This document shows, piece after piece, positions 42,065-55,012 of a DNA stretch of 64,000 nucleotides; the stretch's first letter is position 1; the number at the start of each line of letters is the position of its first letter. The notes beneath the pieces were generated by a model. That model was not told where the DNA came from, did not search any database, and worked only from the letters and a program-made list of their open reading frames with translations. The translations under genes were made by a program, and so were the position numbers. The stretch comes from Lingula anatina (Eukaryota; Animalia; Brachiopoda). Location of the stretch: the NCBI GenBank assembly GCA_051362555.1, contig CM120640.1, forward strand, positions 3,286,001 to 3,350,000, read 5' to 3'.

Positions 42065-44624
42065 TAAATTAGTCGTCTAAAAAGGTCAGTGTTTGCAGTT
42101 TCTAGAATTTGATTATTTATTTAAATCTTGAGATTATATCATTTTTTAAATAAGATATTATAAGTTTTGGGAAGGTAGAGGTGGTTGTGCATGTCAATAT
42201 TGACAACCAGTTTAGTTTTATTTACTGATATTAGCCCATGTATATAATTTTGTTTCTCTTGTTTATCCATACTGGAAATACTTAAAAGGCACCAGTAAAA
42301 GTGTTGTTTGGACTTTGTGAAAATGTATCTTTGTTATTAATGAATTTAAAAGTTTTTTTTGGCTTGTAAGAACATGTCAAGCATCCAATTTAAAGACCAC
42401 TTAAAGATTTTTTTACCTGATGTTAACCAATTCAATGAATTTTTTGTGTGTTTGTAAAGTGGAGGGATATGTCATGTTGCATTTTTATAAAAAGGCAAAA
42501 ATAAAGTAGTGGTTGTCCATTTGAAGAGTCTGCTAACATTCTGACAATTTTTTTTTACAAATTCTTTTTCAAATAAATCATAAAACAATTCAAATAAATT
42601 ATCTGCAGGTATTGATTTGTTCTGTAAACTTTAATTCATATTCAAACCACAATTGTCTTTATTTTTATTATACCGCATTTCAGCAATTGTGCAATACTTG
42701 TGACAGTATTGAATAATGGTTAAGTAGAAACAATTTTATAAAATAAAACAGTTTGTACTCAAAGGCATCTTAATTTGTTTCCTTGCCTTTTTTAAAACAA
42801 TTTTACAAACTTTTCATTAATTAATTTCTTTTCACTGTCTGAATTAACAGGATGTTAGACAATTTTCATATTTGTAGATGTTTTCTGCCATAGCTGGGAA
42901 GAGGCATTTTGCCACATAAATTTGCTGACAAGGTGTAAAAGTCTACCCCACCCCCCTCCTCCATCCAACAGGAGGGGTGCTTTGCCTAGTAACTTCTCAG
43001 CCTGCAGAAGCTGTCCTTAAAGCAATACAAAATATATTTTACAAGATAGTCCCCCCCCCCCTACACCCACCACCACCACGTCTAATCTGGCGTTCTCTTC
43101 TCCAAACTACTTACTGCCAAATTAAACAGTAAACCGTTTTAAGCCAATATTGTAGAAGTCAGAAACACCAAAACCAATCAGTTCTGTAGCTTTGTTCAAA
43201 ACATTTTATCATTAATGGCTTGTGTTGATTTTCATAGTATTATTACAATTCTGATAATGCATTTCAGTTTTAAAGAATGTAAGTCTACTGAACTGTTTTT
43301 TTCTGTTTGGTTCAACTACATTTATATCCACTTAATGTCCCACTGATGAAATACATTTAATACAAGCACTGAAAACAAATCATATTGTTAGCATTTATAT
43401 TTCACAAAAATTGTACATTTTTATATTCCAAATTAATTTTTGTCAGAAAATCATCACTGAACAGTTTCCCCTGAGAATGTATTGCACAAACTATGGCCTT
43501 TTTCACAGCAAGAAGAACGCTAAACCGAATGACTAGTAGTCCCCATTAAGAGGTCCTTACATGTTATTACTAGTGTGCTACAGGTTTTTTTTTACCACCT
43601 TTCTTAAGCTCTGCACAAGTTTGCTTCCTGCTGTTTATTTAGGCCAAGTTGAGCACATGGGCTGTGTTAGGTCACAGTCGGGCTATGAAGTTGTCCATCT
43701 CTTGAAGTGTACCATTCCATTTGCAAAGGGCCTGTCTCACACATTTTTCAGTCTATTCAAGGATCATTTTGAAGCAATTTCCAAGCCTTAAATTAATTTT
43801 TATGCAAACAATGAAGCCGATCTGTGTATTAAAGGTTTTGCATGGAATATAATTTGGTACGTATATGGTCAACAAAAACCAGTGCATTATTTGGTTTTAA
43901 AGAACCAAATTACAAAACATTCTGTAAAACACTTCAGAGCACAAAAAAAGATGTAAGGCAGTGTACTGGAAAACTATCAGTTGTAAAGTTCTATCCGAAG
44001 ACAAAATTTTGAGAAAAGATCATTTTGGGTGAATGGTTAATTGCACATACAGTATAATTCAAGGAATATAAATTTATATAAAAAAATTTCCAATCAATTT
44101 TTTTGTCGAACATTAAGAATTTAATTCTAATCTTAATCTAATTTTCAAAAAGTTGTCAAAAAAAATCACGTCATGGCTCGAGAATGCTCTGATGGTCATT
44201 TTTTCAATACTGACTAAATCATTGCTAAACAAAAATAACAATAACAGGAACAATACATGCACAACAGATCTCTTTGGGCAAAACATGAATAAGCTATATA
44301 TAATAAAATGATAACATGATAACAATAGCTATGAAATAATCCAACAGATACATATATCTGAAACTATTCACTTCAATTCGTTCACATGGAAGGAAAGTTT
44401 GTTACTCGACATGTTACCCATTTAATTATACAAGTATGACCATATTAAAGAAACATTTTTACGTATATGTGTGGAGTATATCAAAATATAAATAAGATGC
44501 ATATAGATATTTATTATGAAGTCTGGATATCATCTGATTATAGACATTTGTTCTCGTTGTATTATTCACACACAGCTCACAAGAGGAAAAGCTCTTCTTG
44601 GATAACCTCTCTGGTATCTGGAGG

Positions 44625-47600
44625 TTAAATTGGCTCTGCAGGTGCTCCAGGCACTGTATCCTCTTCTGTACTCACCTCTGCTTGCAGACCTGAAATGACC
44701 ATTATAATGAATTAGCCAATGTGGAAATGCAGGTCAACGGCAATAATGAATTAGATTATGTTTTCAAGATGATAATCACAAACTACGACCTGTGGGCATT
44801 CAGCTTCATGATGCTCTGTGACATGAGTGAAATGTGGCCGTTTCATATTTTGTTCAGAAGTGATTATCATTAAAATATTAATAATCAGAAATCCTTGGAA
44901 CCATTTGATAGCTAACAAATATGGAATTACATTTTGTAACAGTGAAGCACACTCCACAGTAGTACAAAAATAAATATACTTTAAATATTACAGTTGTACA
45001 TCTGACATTCATTAAACTAATCTTCATTGCTGCAAAATACATTTAGTTGCCTCTTTTATTTGATATAAATCACCAGTTAAAATCAATCTACTTATCAAAA
45101 ACTGTCAATTCAGAGATATGTTAAAAGCACTCAGCAGAGTAAATACAAGAGAAAGATAAGTGATATGCATATTCTATGCATTAAAGGCACATACACCCCA
45201 GAAAGTGGCTTTGATACTGGATATCAGACAGGTTAAAAATAAGACATTTTTACACAGCTTTGATATTTAAAATGAATGCATTAAAGTGCATATTTCTCCA
45301 TAAATTGGACCAGTCCTCAATTAAGGCACCTTTGAGTTGTCCTGTCTAATACCAAGATCAAACGAGAAAGAAGAGAAAAAGACTACAACCTGGAAAACTC
45401 ACCACCAACTACAGCATGCACAGCTAGCAACAATATCATGGAATTGGCAAGTAGCTTAGGCTCTCTCCCTGTAGACAGGCTACAGAAATGCATGGACAGT
45501 TAGCAGTGATATTTGCGTAAACTGAGACTACCACACAGGGGACAACACATGGGATAAATGATGTCTGTGATGTGTGTAGGGAACATCTAGGTGGTCCTTG
45601 GGTAAATCATTTTAAAGACCTTCAATCTAATTATATAATCACCACCCCCTTCTCTTTCTAGTTCCTTTGATATGCTGTACAGCAAAGAAGTTATCTCTCC
45701 AAAATTCTGATTACTGATTTGAAAAGGTAAACTTGAAGATGAGGAAGCTAATCAGTATGAGAATTGGGTTTACTTCAACACGAATTTAATAAATTTAATT
45801 TAATTTATAATCAAGTTTAAAATTTGTAATATTATTTGAGACAATAGCACTAAAGGCCCCACAACCAAATATTTTGGAAAGAGAAAAAAATTTTCATCAA
45901 TACTAAATTACTCAAAAATTCATCAATTCGCATCTCTCTGGTTCTGGAATTTGTAACTGTACAGTGCTAATGCTACAACATACCATTTTCTTTTCCATTA
46001 GCCTGTAAATCTCTCATACTGAGAGAGATGGTAGGAATAGGGTTGGTTGGACTAGAGTTAGAGAGTTGGATGGCTGGGAGGGAAGAAAAATGTGACTTGA
46101 ACAGGTGCTTTATGTTAGGGTGGAAAACATGCAGGACAAATTCAAAACTTTAACACAGTAAATATGTAAGTACCCTGGTTCCTTATAGTTGGCTGTCTAC
46201 ATGATTTAAGTAAAGGTAAGCAATGAGACAAACAGTAAACAAACAGAAATCCAAGGCCATTCAGCATGAAACAATACAAAAAATGAGAAGAAAGAATAAC
46301 ATAAACAGCTTGGCAGCAACAGAGATTTTAAACAGAGTCTTCCAGAGTTAGTCCAAGCTCTACAGGTCCCATAACCAAAGCAGCGTTCCAAGTGAACGCC
46401 TTCCAACAAACCTTCATGGATAATTTTATCAGTTTTCTTCTTGTCATAAACAATGTAGATTGCCGTGGCTAGAAACGCTCCCCCTCCCAGTACAGCAACA
46501 AATGCTGTGATGTACAATGCATACTGCAGGGCAAAGTACTCGTACTGGGGATACTTGGGCTCGTTTCCTCTGATCTTGTCAGACATCTGAAACAGATACA
46601 TGGACAAGACATACATTTACATCAATACTCAAACATATGACATTGCCAAATACTTTTATTATACAACACCTACTGCATATCTAGATATTCACCAAGATGT
46701 AGGCAGGCCCACATTTTCCAGAAAAGGACCCCACCCCCTCTTAAAATTTCTGGTCACAGGCCTGTTAATCTTGCCTTAAATCATTCTGTAGTCACAATAT
46801 TGTTGACTGGATTTGTTCCACTTACCAGTCCTATGAGATAGGGACTCCCTGCGTCCCCAAGAAGATGTGACATCACTATCTGTACAGCTTCTGCTGTTGA
46901 ACGTCTGGTCGGAATCACAACTCCCTGCAATAGTTATCCAGCATGCTTACTTATAGGAAAAATACACTCACACAAACGTATGGCGATTTAATCAATCAAC
47001 TTATAACTGCCTATTGTATTTAGAACTATTCTGAGATTTTTTTTTTAATCTGAGATTCTGTCGACTTAATTTCCCTTTCATTGTGGGATGTTTTCAGAAT
47101 TATGAATACAAGAAGAGTTTCATACCAGTAATATATCTGCTACAATTGACCAATTAAGACACAGGAGGGTTTCACCTAAAAATATGAGAACCTGAAAGAA
47201 AAATATGAGCATTATCTTTTCATTTCAAACAACTATCTGTGAAAATGTCTCCATCTCTCTTTAACTATGTAATGATTATATTTCTATAAGATAAATTGGT
47301 ATGAAGATCTGATAAAGTCTAAACATTATCTAATATTCTTCACCTTAAATTATTTTATTTCCACTACAGGTGGTATTTTGAAAGCATATACTGCAACTAC
47401 TATGCTATATAAAAAATGCTTACCCATGTCACTATTGTGTTATACTGAGAAACTACAATGGCAACATAGAGGAATGGCATACATGACAGCAGACCAAAGG
47501 CACACACAAAGGGGTCTGCCCTAGCATCAAACTTGCTGCGGAGTCTCCGTGCTGACTCGGCCCCTATACCCACACCAAAGAACCCAGCCAAACAAGTGAT

Positions 47601-50600
47601 GATTCCAAATGTTAGACTCACACTGGAACTCAAGTCATCTCTGAAATACAACCAATTACTTATTGAAACATAATACATTTTTTCCTTTTACTAAAAATAT
47701 CAAGTAAAATCAAACTGACAGCTAAACTTAGTATTAACATGACAAATCAAAATAACTGATAAATACATTAGATTATTCCCTTTATCATCCTCAAAAAACT
47801 GAGTTGCTGATTGAAGAATATACTTATCTGCCATCAGTGAAATGTGCGTTCTTGATAATAATTATCTCCCATCAGTAAAACATGCATTCTCGATAATAAT
47901 TATCTCCGATCAGTAAAACATGCATTCTTGATAATAACTCTGTTCAAAAGTCACCATATTGATATGTTACAAAATACAAACATTGTCTCTATAAAACCCC
48001 TTAATCCTGCCTTAAGAATATTGTCCTTACTTCTGTTTAGGTGTCCTGTCCACCTGATCTTGTACCAGTATGGAGTTGTAGACATAGGTGGGAGCCCAGA
48101 GTGCTAGGGCACCTGTCACAAAGGCCACACTGGTGAAACCTAATGTGGACCATACAAAGCTTTTACTGGAAAGAGATGGCAGTCTTCATTTAGAAATGAG
48201 TTAATAATTATGGTATATTGTAAACACTATACTGATATTAAGAAAAATACTTCCATATAAGGTTGTTGTCTATAATGTGTGACATTTAAAATAAGATGCA
48301 TCCATCCATGCATGTCATAAGAGGCACATGCATACACCAATTTGTGTTAGTACACTGGTAAATTATAATCAAACAATTGATCAAAATTTCATATCTTGCC
48401 TAAGCAGAATTAATATTTGCCTAGGCAAAAATCCAGGTACAATCTTGTCTTTGCAAAACTCTCAACACAAATGACTTCTTACACAAATTAAAAATCCAGT
48501 TAGAACTAAATTTAAACTGTAACACAGTAATTAGATATCTGAGATAGCACATGTGTTTCACGTATACTTACTTCTTCAAAAGGTATTTGAGATCATCCAG
48601 GTAGCTGGTGCTGTGTAAGTGTGTGCCCCCCTCTGCCTGCCCCCTGGGTGGCTCCTTCACCAGAGTACTGATAAGAATCACACAGATCACACCCAACACT
48701 GGAGTTACCTGACGTGAGGAGTTATTACATCTGATATACTATCTACCAATCCATTTGAAACAACATTTCATACTGATAAAAATTTGATGTACTATACAAT
48801 TTTTTCTTATTTCACAAATACAACAACAACTACTACTACTACTACTTTATGGTACCCTAAGATTTTGCTAGGGGGCACATGCTTAAATTTTGCTTAGCAA
48901 AATAGCTGAAAATTTTATTGTAATGGCACAAGAATGGAAGTAATGTCTTTTTCATAGAGAGACAAAAAGAGAGAAGCGGGAACCTCCATAGCTTGGTGTA
49001 GTATATAACTGACCCCCCCCCCCCCCACACACACACACACCCCGCCCACCACCACCACCACCACCCCCTCCTGTATCATCACAACAAGCTTCCATCCCAG
49101 TATGCAACACCATCATACAAATAAGACCTGTCAATTTACCCTAAGAGCCCACTTCCAGTTTCCAAGGGCAGTTGCAATCTCTGAACCAACAATGTACCCC
49201 AGACCACTGCAAAATAAAAGATAAATTAATGAAGTTAACTTTTTCCATTGTGCCATGTGCCACATAAAAGAAAGTGCTACTTTGAGTTAATTTACAATTT
49301 ACTGATGCAGTGCCTTTTGTTAACTATCTATCGACTTTATAATGACACTCATTTTATAAACAGAATTAGTATAATGACTCACTAGTTAAACTATAATACC
49401 TACAGTTTGTCCTTGTAAACTGTTTTGGTAGAATGGACGGATATAGTCAAAACATGTACTTCTGACCTTTTGAACTTTGTGATAAAGAACAGTGTGTGCC
49501 TACTCATCAGGAAGACCAAGTTTAGGAATATGTATAAAAACAGTGCTTCAAACTGACACCTTGAGACTGACCTGCCTATGGGGATAGCAAAATAAAATAT
49601 AGCCAACATCTTGGTCCTCATATCCTTCACAAATAGATCTGCTATAAGCGTTGGTGCAATGGTGGAGTAGCTGGCCTCTCCAATACCAACACAGCCTCTT
49701 AGGAACAGAAACAGCCCAAACATCTGGTGGGAGAAAATGGGAATGAGAATGGGAATTCCCTATGAAATCATTATCTAAAAAAATCATTACCTTAAAAGTC
49801 CTTTGCTGATAATATAGTCACAAGCAGCATATATGTTTGACTTACATTGTATTGTATTGTATTGTATTGTATTGTATTGTATTGTATTGTATTGTTTTGT
49901 TTTGTTTTTTGTTTTGTATTGTTTTGTTTTGTACTTACATTAGCTGGTACAAATGAGCTTGCCAGTGTTATTCCTGACCAGAAGCATATACCAGCCACCA
50001 TGATAATCTTTCTGTTATATCTGTCTCCAAGGTAACCAAACAGTGGAGACAACAACATGTAACTAACAATGAAGACGGTTTGAAGAAGTCCTGAGAGCTG
50101 ATCATCAAGTTTATAATATGGACGTATCTTTGTCAACACACCTGGAAATAAATATTGATATAAAATATTACAGCTTAAAAAAAGGCATTCCTACTATATA
50201 TTCAAGAAAGACAATCAAACTAAGAATCATTGCAGAATATTTGCTTATTTATTTGTTTGCTTCTAAGGCTAATAGTATGTGGTTTAATACTTCTCATGTG
50301 GTGCAGTGTTTTGCAGTACCTGCGACGTACACGATGCACTGCCAACATTTGAACTGACACATTACAGTGTATTAGTATTTTCAAGCAATCCATATTAAAA
50401 ACATCTTTTAGACTCATATTTCATGAAACTGGATACCCCGTGGACTTCTGACTCTGCAGCCCATTATGGCATTAATGACAAGTGTCCTTAACATTTATAA
50501 ATCTAGTCATAAATGACAGCAAGCTTTCTGAAATTATTGTCATGCAATACCCGTGGGTAAGATGCTTTGTAAGTTTTTCCATCCAACAGCAATTTGAATA

Positions 50601-50996
50601 ATCAAATAATATGGAACAAAAAGTAATGTACCACAAAATAGAAACCGGCTTGGTTACATTTTCAAATTCTTTTATTTCCTTGTAAAATAAAATATTTTAA
50701 ATATTACCTGCGATTGTAAATCTATCCATATAATTAAGCAAGTTGATAAACAATAAGACGGCCACGATCACATAGGATCTAGCCTTGGTAATGTTATGTG
50801 GTCTTTCGCTTGGTATTTTAACTTCCACGGAATCATCTGGATCCTCTCTGCCGTTGCCTTCCAACCGGCCGTCAGAAATAATCTTCTCCGTGTCGTCAGG
50901 AAATATGCCATTTGGCACATCCTCGTCGTAAGACTGCTCCCCTATCATATCTTGTAATACAACCGTGTCATCAAATGGTGGTTCAAGGCCACTCAT
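44625..50996 (-). CDS. SPNS1: Protein spinster homolog (lysosomal MFS lysolipid transporter)
   Basis: Exons 50708-50996 ([14 protein letters not shown]), 49939-50141 ([26 protein letters not shown]), 49572-49723 ([23 protein letters not shown]), 49140-49206, 48572-48708 (EPPRG), 48031-48165 ([11 protein letters not shown]), 47424-47640, 47126-47191, 46826-46924 ([14 protein letters not shown]), 46412-46586, 44625-44689. Confidence 0.95.
47825..47936. repeat. Short tandem repeat (~38 bp x3)
   Basis: ttatct.c.atcagt.aaa..tgc.ttct.gataataa repeated three times. Confidence 0.8.
49845..49932. repeat. (ATTGT)n/(TTTGT)n pentanucleotide microsatellite
   Basis: Seen directly. Confidence 0.95.
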
Positions 50997-51382
50997 TTGT
51001 TCAGAAGCTGCGAAGATAAATCGAATTTCATAGAATCATAGTTCCAGTTTTTGCTTCAACATTTCGCGTAACCTTCACTCACGCGACCAACGAGGATGCT
51101 GTCCAAGACAGTCCTAAAAATAATACACCGTATGATTCATATCCAACTCAAATTTTCCCTAAGTTATAATTACACTTAATTTGGGAAATAATGGCCATTT
51201 TGGAAAAGGAAATTTTAGGTATCTACTCAGTATAAAATTAATATTAACACCCTATCTTGGGATACCGACCTTCTAGGCTGCCCTCTGGCGAGAGAAAAAT
51301 GAGTGCCTTGGCGGGTGCTATGTCTTGAAGTCGACGTGCAAACTTCCTTAAAACGCAGCCTTTCAGAATACATGTCACCAAA
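50997..51382. promoter_or_regulatory. Putative bidirectional promoter between spinster (-) and the zinc-finger gene (+)
   Basis: Divergent ATGs ~390 bp apart; CpG-containing; TCACGCGAC at ~51079 resembles a CLEAR/E-box variant. Confidence 0.5.
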
Positions 51383-54300
51383 ATGGTTTCCGATCAGGTC
51401 ATGGCAGGTTCATGTAGTTCAATCGTTGTGACTACAGAGATATTTGCCAAGTTTAGTCACATTTTGCAGGAGACAGGCATGGATGCCAATGAACTTATGC
51501 AGCATCTGTTCACTCTGTATTTCAGGTTTGATAGGTTTGATATATCTTAACAATGGACGCTTCCAGAACAAGTTGATCCAGATCCGCGAATCAAATTTGG
51601 CCAGCCCACTTAAAAGCAATTCCACCGAATCCCCCAAGGGACTCCCTGCCTCCGGCCCTCATACTGTCCCTACACGGGGCTAGCAATTAATCCTGTGAGC
51701 AATTTTAATTTAGCATTAATATTGCTGGGACATTGTGTGTGGGAGGCAGGGAGCCCATAAAGGGATTAGACGGAATTGACCATATTTTATCTGTAGATAT
51801 GTTAGTCTGCAGATCAACTTGTTCTGAAATCCCCACTGTTAATTACAACACATGCTAGTGTGCTATAAAATTTTATCATTTTTAGATAAACCTCAAGTTA
51901 TTTGACCATTGATTGAGATTACCGCAAATTTTCACCCCAGCAGTAACATCGGTCCTTGTAATATTTGTAAGGCATAAAAGATCATGTAAAAAAATGAAAA
52001 AAAAGAAAAATGAATTACCTAACTAATTTGTTTGAGAAACATAAATAGACATTGCTGAAAGTCACCACACAAATTAATTTTCAAAACATATTTAATATCA
52101 CAGAGTTATATGGTGAGAAAATACTGCAAAAGTGCAGAAGTAGTTTTTTATTTCTTTATAATTTTATTTATCTTCATATAATGGTTTTCAAACCTGTGTA
52201 TAACGTTAACACAAAGATTAATGCGTTAGCACTCCAAAAGCCCTGTCCACTAGTTTCTGATAAGTATTAACTCATTTTTATTTTGCCTATTAGGCTATAA
52301 AAGTACATTGCATTATTTTCAGAATTTTTAGGCATGGGGGTAGCATATTTATGTTCTACTTGTCTTATTTAGGGACAGATCAAATGAGTCCAAGGGCAGA
52401 GATCTTGATGAAAGTGCCAACAAGGTTTTAGAAAATCAAGAGTATGAGTGTTCTGCATTTAGCTGTGATTTAGATGAAGTCAACTCTGAGGAGAAGGACT
52501 TTCACAGCGGTCTTTCTGACACAGTTCCTAACATACCTCAGCCTGTGGACCAGATGGTCATTGGCAAACGTAAAACAGTTGTTTTAGAGAACATTACAGA
52601 CAAAGTAACTGGCATGCTACAACAGTCAACTGACACCAAACATAAGAAAGGATGCCCAAGGAAAGGACAAAGCATGTTAAAACCACTGCAGCAACCAACT
52701 GATGCCAAATGTAAGAGAGGATGTCCCAGAAAAGACCCAAGTGACACTGCAGGTAGCAAACTAACTGATACATAATATATAGTGTGTTGAAATTTAATAA
52801 ATTCTTTACAAATTTTTAATTTGATTGCCATTCTGGTGTGATTTTGAAAATGAAAACATTTTAATGAAAGTCATCTGAATATTAGCTAAAAATTTGGGTG
52901 GATAAGTATCCAGGGAATTTTCTTTAGAAACTTGTTTAGTTGATCACATACATGCAAATTATCATGGATTTTAAAATATCTTTTAGTAGAAAAAGAACCA
53001 GATAATGGGAAAATGCCACAGAGAAAGGATAATTGGAGGGAGGGCATGTATTATAAAGAAGATGGGCTGTTTTGCTGCAAGCATTGTGATTACAAGAGGG
53101 CAAAGTGGCGGCAGATGTCCCAGCATTTAAATATTCATGCAGGTACTGACAAAATGCAATGATTACCTTTATTTTTAAATATCTTGTCACAGAGTGAAAC
53201 ATTTTTAATTCAGAAGCTGCCTATAAAGTAGTTGCAGTCAGAAATAGTTTTACATCAGAAACAGTTGAAGTTGACTTAGGATAATTAAAATTAAAACTTC
53301 AGGTACCAAAATTTCTGTGTATTTGTTTTATTGCTTTACATGTATTTCAAGTCATACCTGTCTGAGCCCAATCTAGAAATATTTTCTTTAGGTCAATTCC
53401 AGGATGATTTCTAACAAACTATTTGACTCTTCTTTGGCCAAATTAGAATTTATTGAGCATTTGTCTTGGATTTAATTTGCTAGTGTTTAGACTTGGTAGA
53501 AATTAAGCATGTAAATATGCTGATGTTGTGATATTGCAGAGATCAAGCCATTCCTATGTGGTGATTGTGGAGCTCAGTTCCATAGAAAATATCATCTGTT
53601 ACGACATCAAAAATCTCAACATGGCATAGAACCTGTCAATAACCACAAATGTCAACATTGTGACAAAACTTTCTTTTTCCCATCTCTGCTGAAAACACAC
53701 ATGGAAACAGCACACAGAGGCAAGTTGTACTATTAGTAACAAGTTAGTAAAAATAATTGCATTGTCATAACCTTAACACCATCTTGATAAAAAAAACATG
53801 CATAAATCAATGAAATGTCCATTTTCACTTATCCATATAAGCAAAAAAAAAAAAAAAATCTCTGATGATTTTCGAAAATCCAATAAATGAGCCATTTTTG
53901 TGTGCTACAGAATGGATCATGTTTGCTTTCATATTTGCAGACACACCAGCAGAATACAGCTGTGATAAGTGTGACTACAAGACCCATGTAAAGTATTACT
54001 TACACAAACATCAGGCCAAGCATATGGGCAAGATTTACAAATGTGAACATTGTCAGTATTCCACTGCATGGCGCAAAAATTTAAAAGAACACAGTCAAAG
54101 GCACACGGGAGAGAGGCTGAAATGTGAGCTGTGTCCGTATGTCACTGTCTACAACAAATTGTACCGGAAACATGTACAGAGACACCAAGATGCTTTGGAG
54201 AAGCTTGTTTGTGACAAATGTGGAAAGGAGTTTGGTACAGCAAAGAAATTGAGAGAGCATGAAAAGCTTCACTTGGAAGTCAAAAAATTTCAGTGCACTG

Positions 54301-55012
54301 AGTGTTACCACGAAACCAGTAAGTACTATAATACCTCTCACCCCATATCCCCCCTCCCTCCCACCCCTTCCCCTGCCCCCCCCCCCCCCCATCATGGGCA
54401 CAGCCCCTGCCCCATCTCCTGTCAGTTTCACCTTTCAGAACACTGCAATGACGCAGTTTTAAGAATTTTACTTTCTTTTCACCTGTATGGTTTTCTAAAT
54501 TAATTCATTTTCATCTAACATCCATGCATGTTGTTTAATTATGCTACATTTATTTCCTATGACAGATTGGCACCAAAGGTTTTAATACTCTGCATGTTTT
54601 AGAAATAGTACATGGTGATCATTAATGAAACTGGCTTCATATTGATGCAAGAATATAGCCTCTGTGCCATTTTGCCCTTTAGAAGTGTCAGCAACTTTTC
54701 TGAGAATTAAAGTGGTCAGCATTAATTATTGCACCGAAATAAACATTTATAACTATTTCACTAACATAAATAATTTTTTGTTTGTTTATTTGTTTTTCAG
54801 GCTCAAAGTCTGCATTACGATGTCATATGAAGAAGCACACTTCCCCTAGGAAGGTTAAAAAGAAGAAGAAGAAGAAGACACATCCAGAAACAGTACAAGT
54901 GGAGGGGAATTTGAATGATTCCCTTACTGCATTTGATCCCTCCAGATGTACATGGCAGGCCATTGGGGTCAGTGAACAGGGAGATGTGTTATTTGATCAG
55001 CTTTTGGCTTGA
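51383..55012 (+). CDS. C2H2 zinc-finger protein (about 8 fingers) with two AT-hook-like motifs
   Basis: Exons 51383-51525, 52373-52752 (KKGCPRK, KRGCPRK), 52987/52990-53142 (CKHCDY...HLNIH), 53540-53719 (CGDCG...HQKSQH; CQHCDK...HMETAH; GC donor), 53941-54318 (CDKC, CEHC..HTGE, CELC, CDKC, CTEC), 54801-55012 (LRCHMKKH, poly-Lys NLS). Phases are consistent. Confidence 0.85.

Noticed and set aside
46206-46411. Hydrophobic extension of the spinster ORF past the exon-10 donor
   Set aside because: Most simply intron read-through; T-rich composition explains the hydrophobicity.
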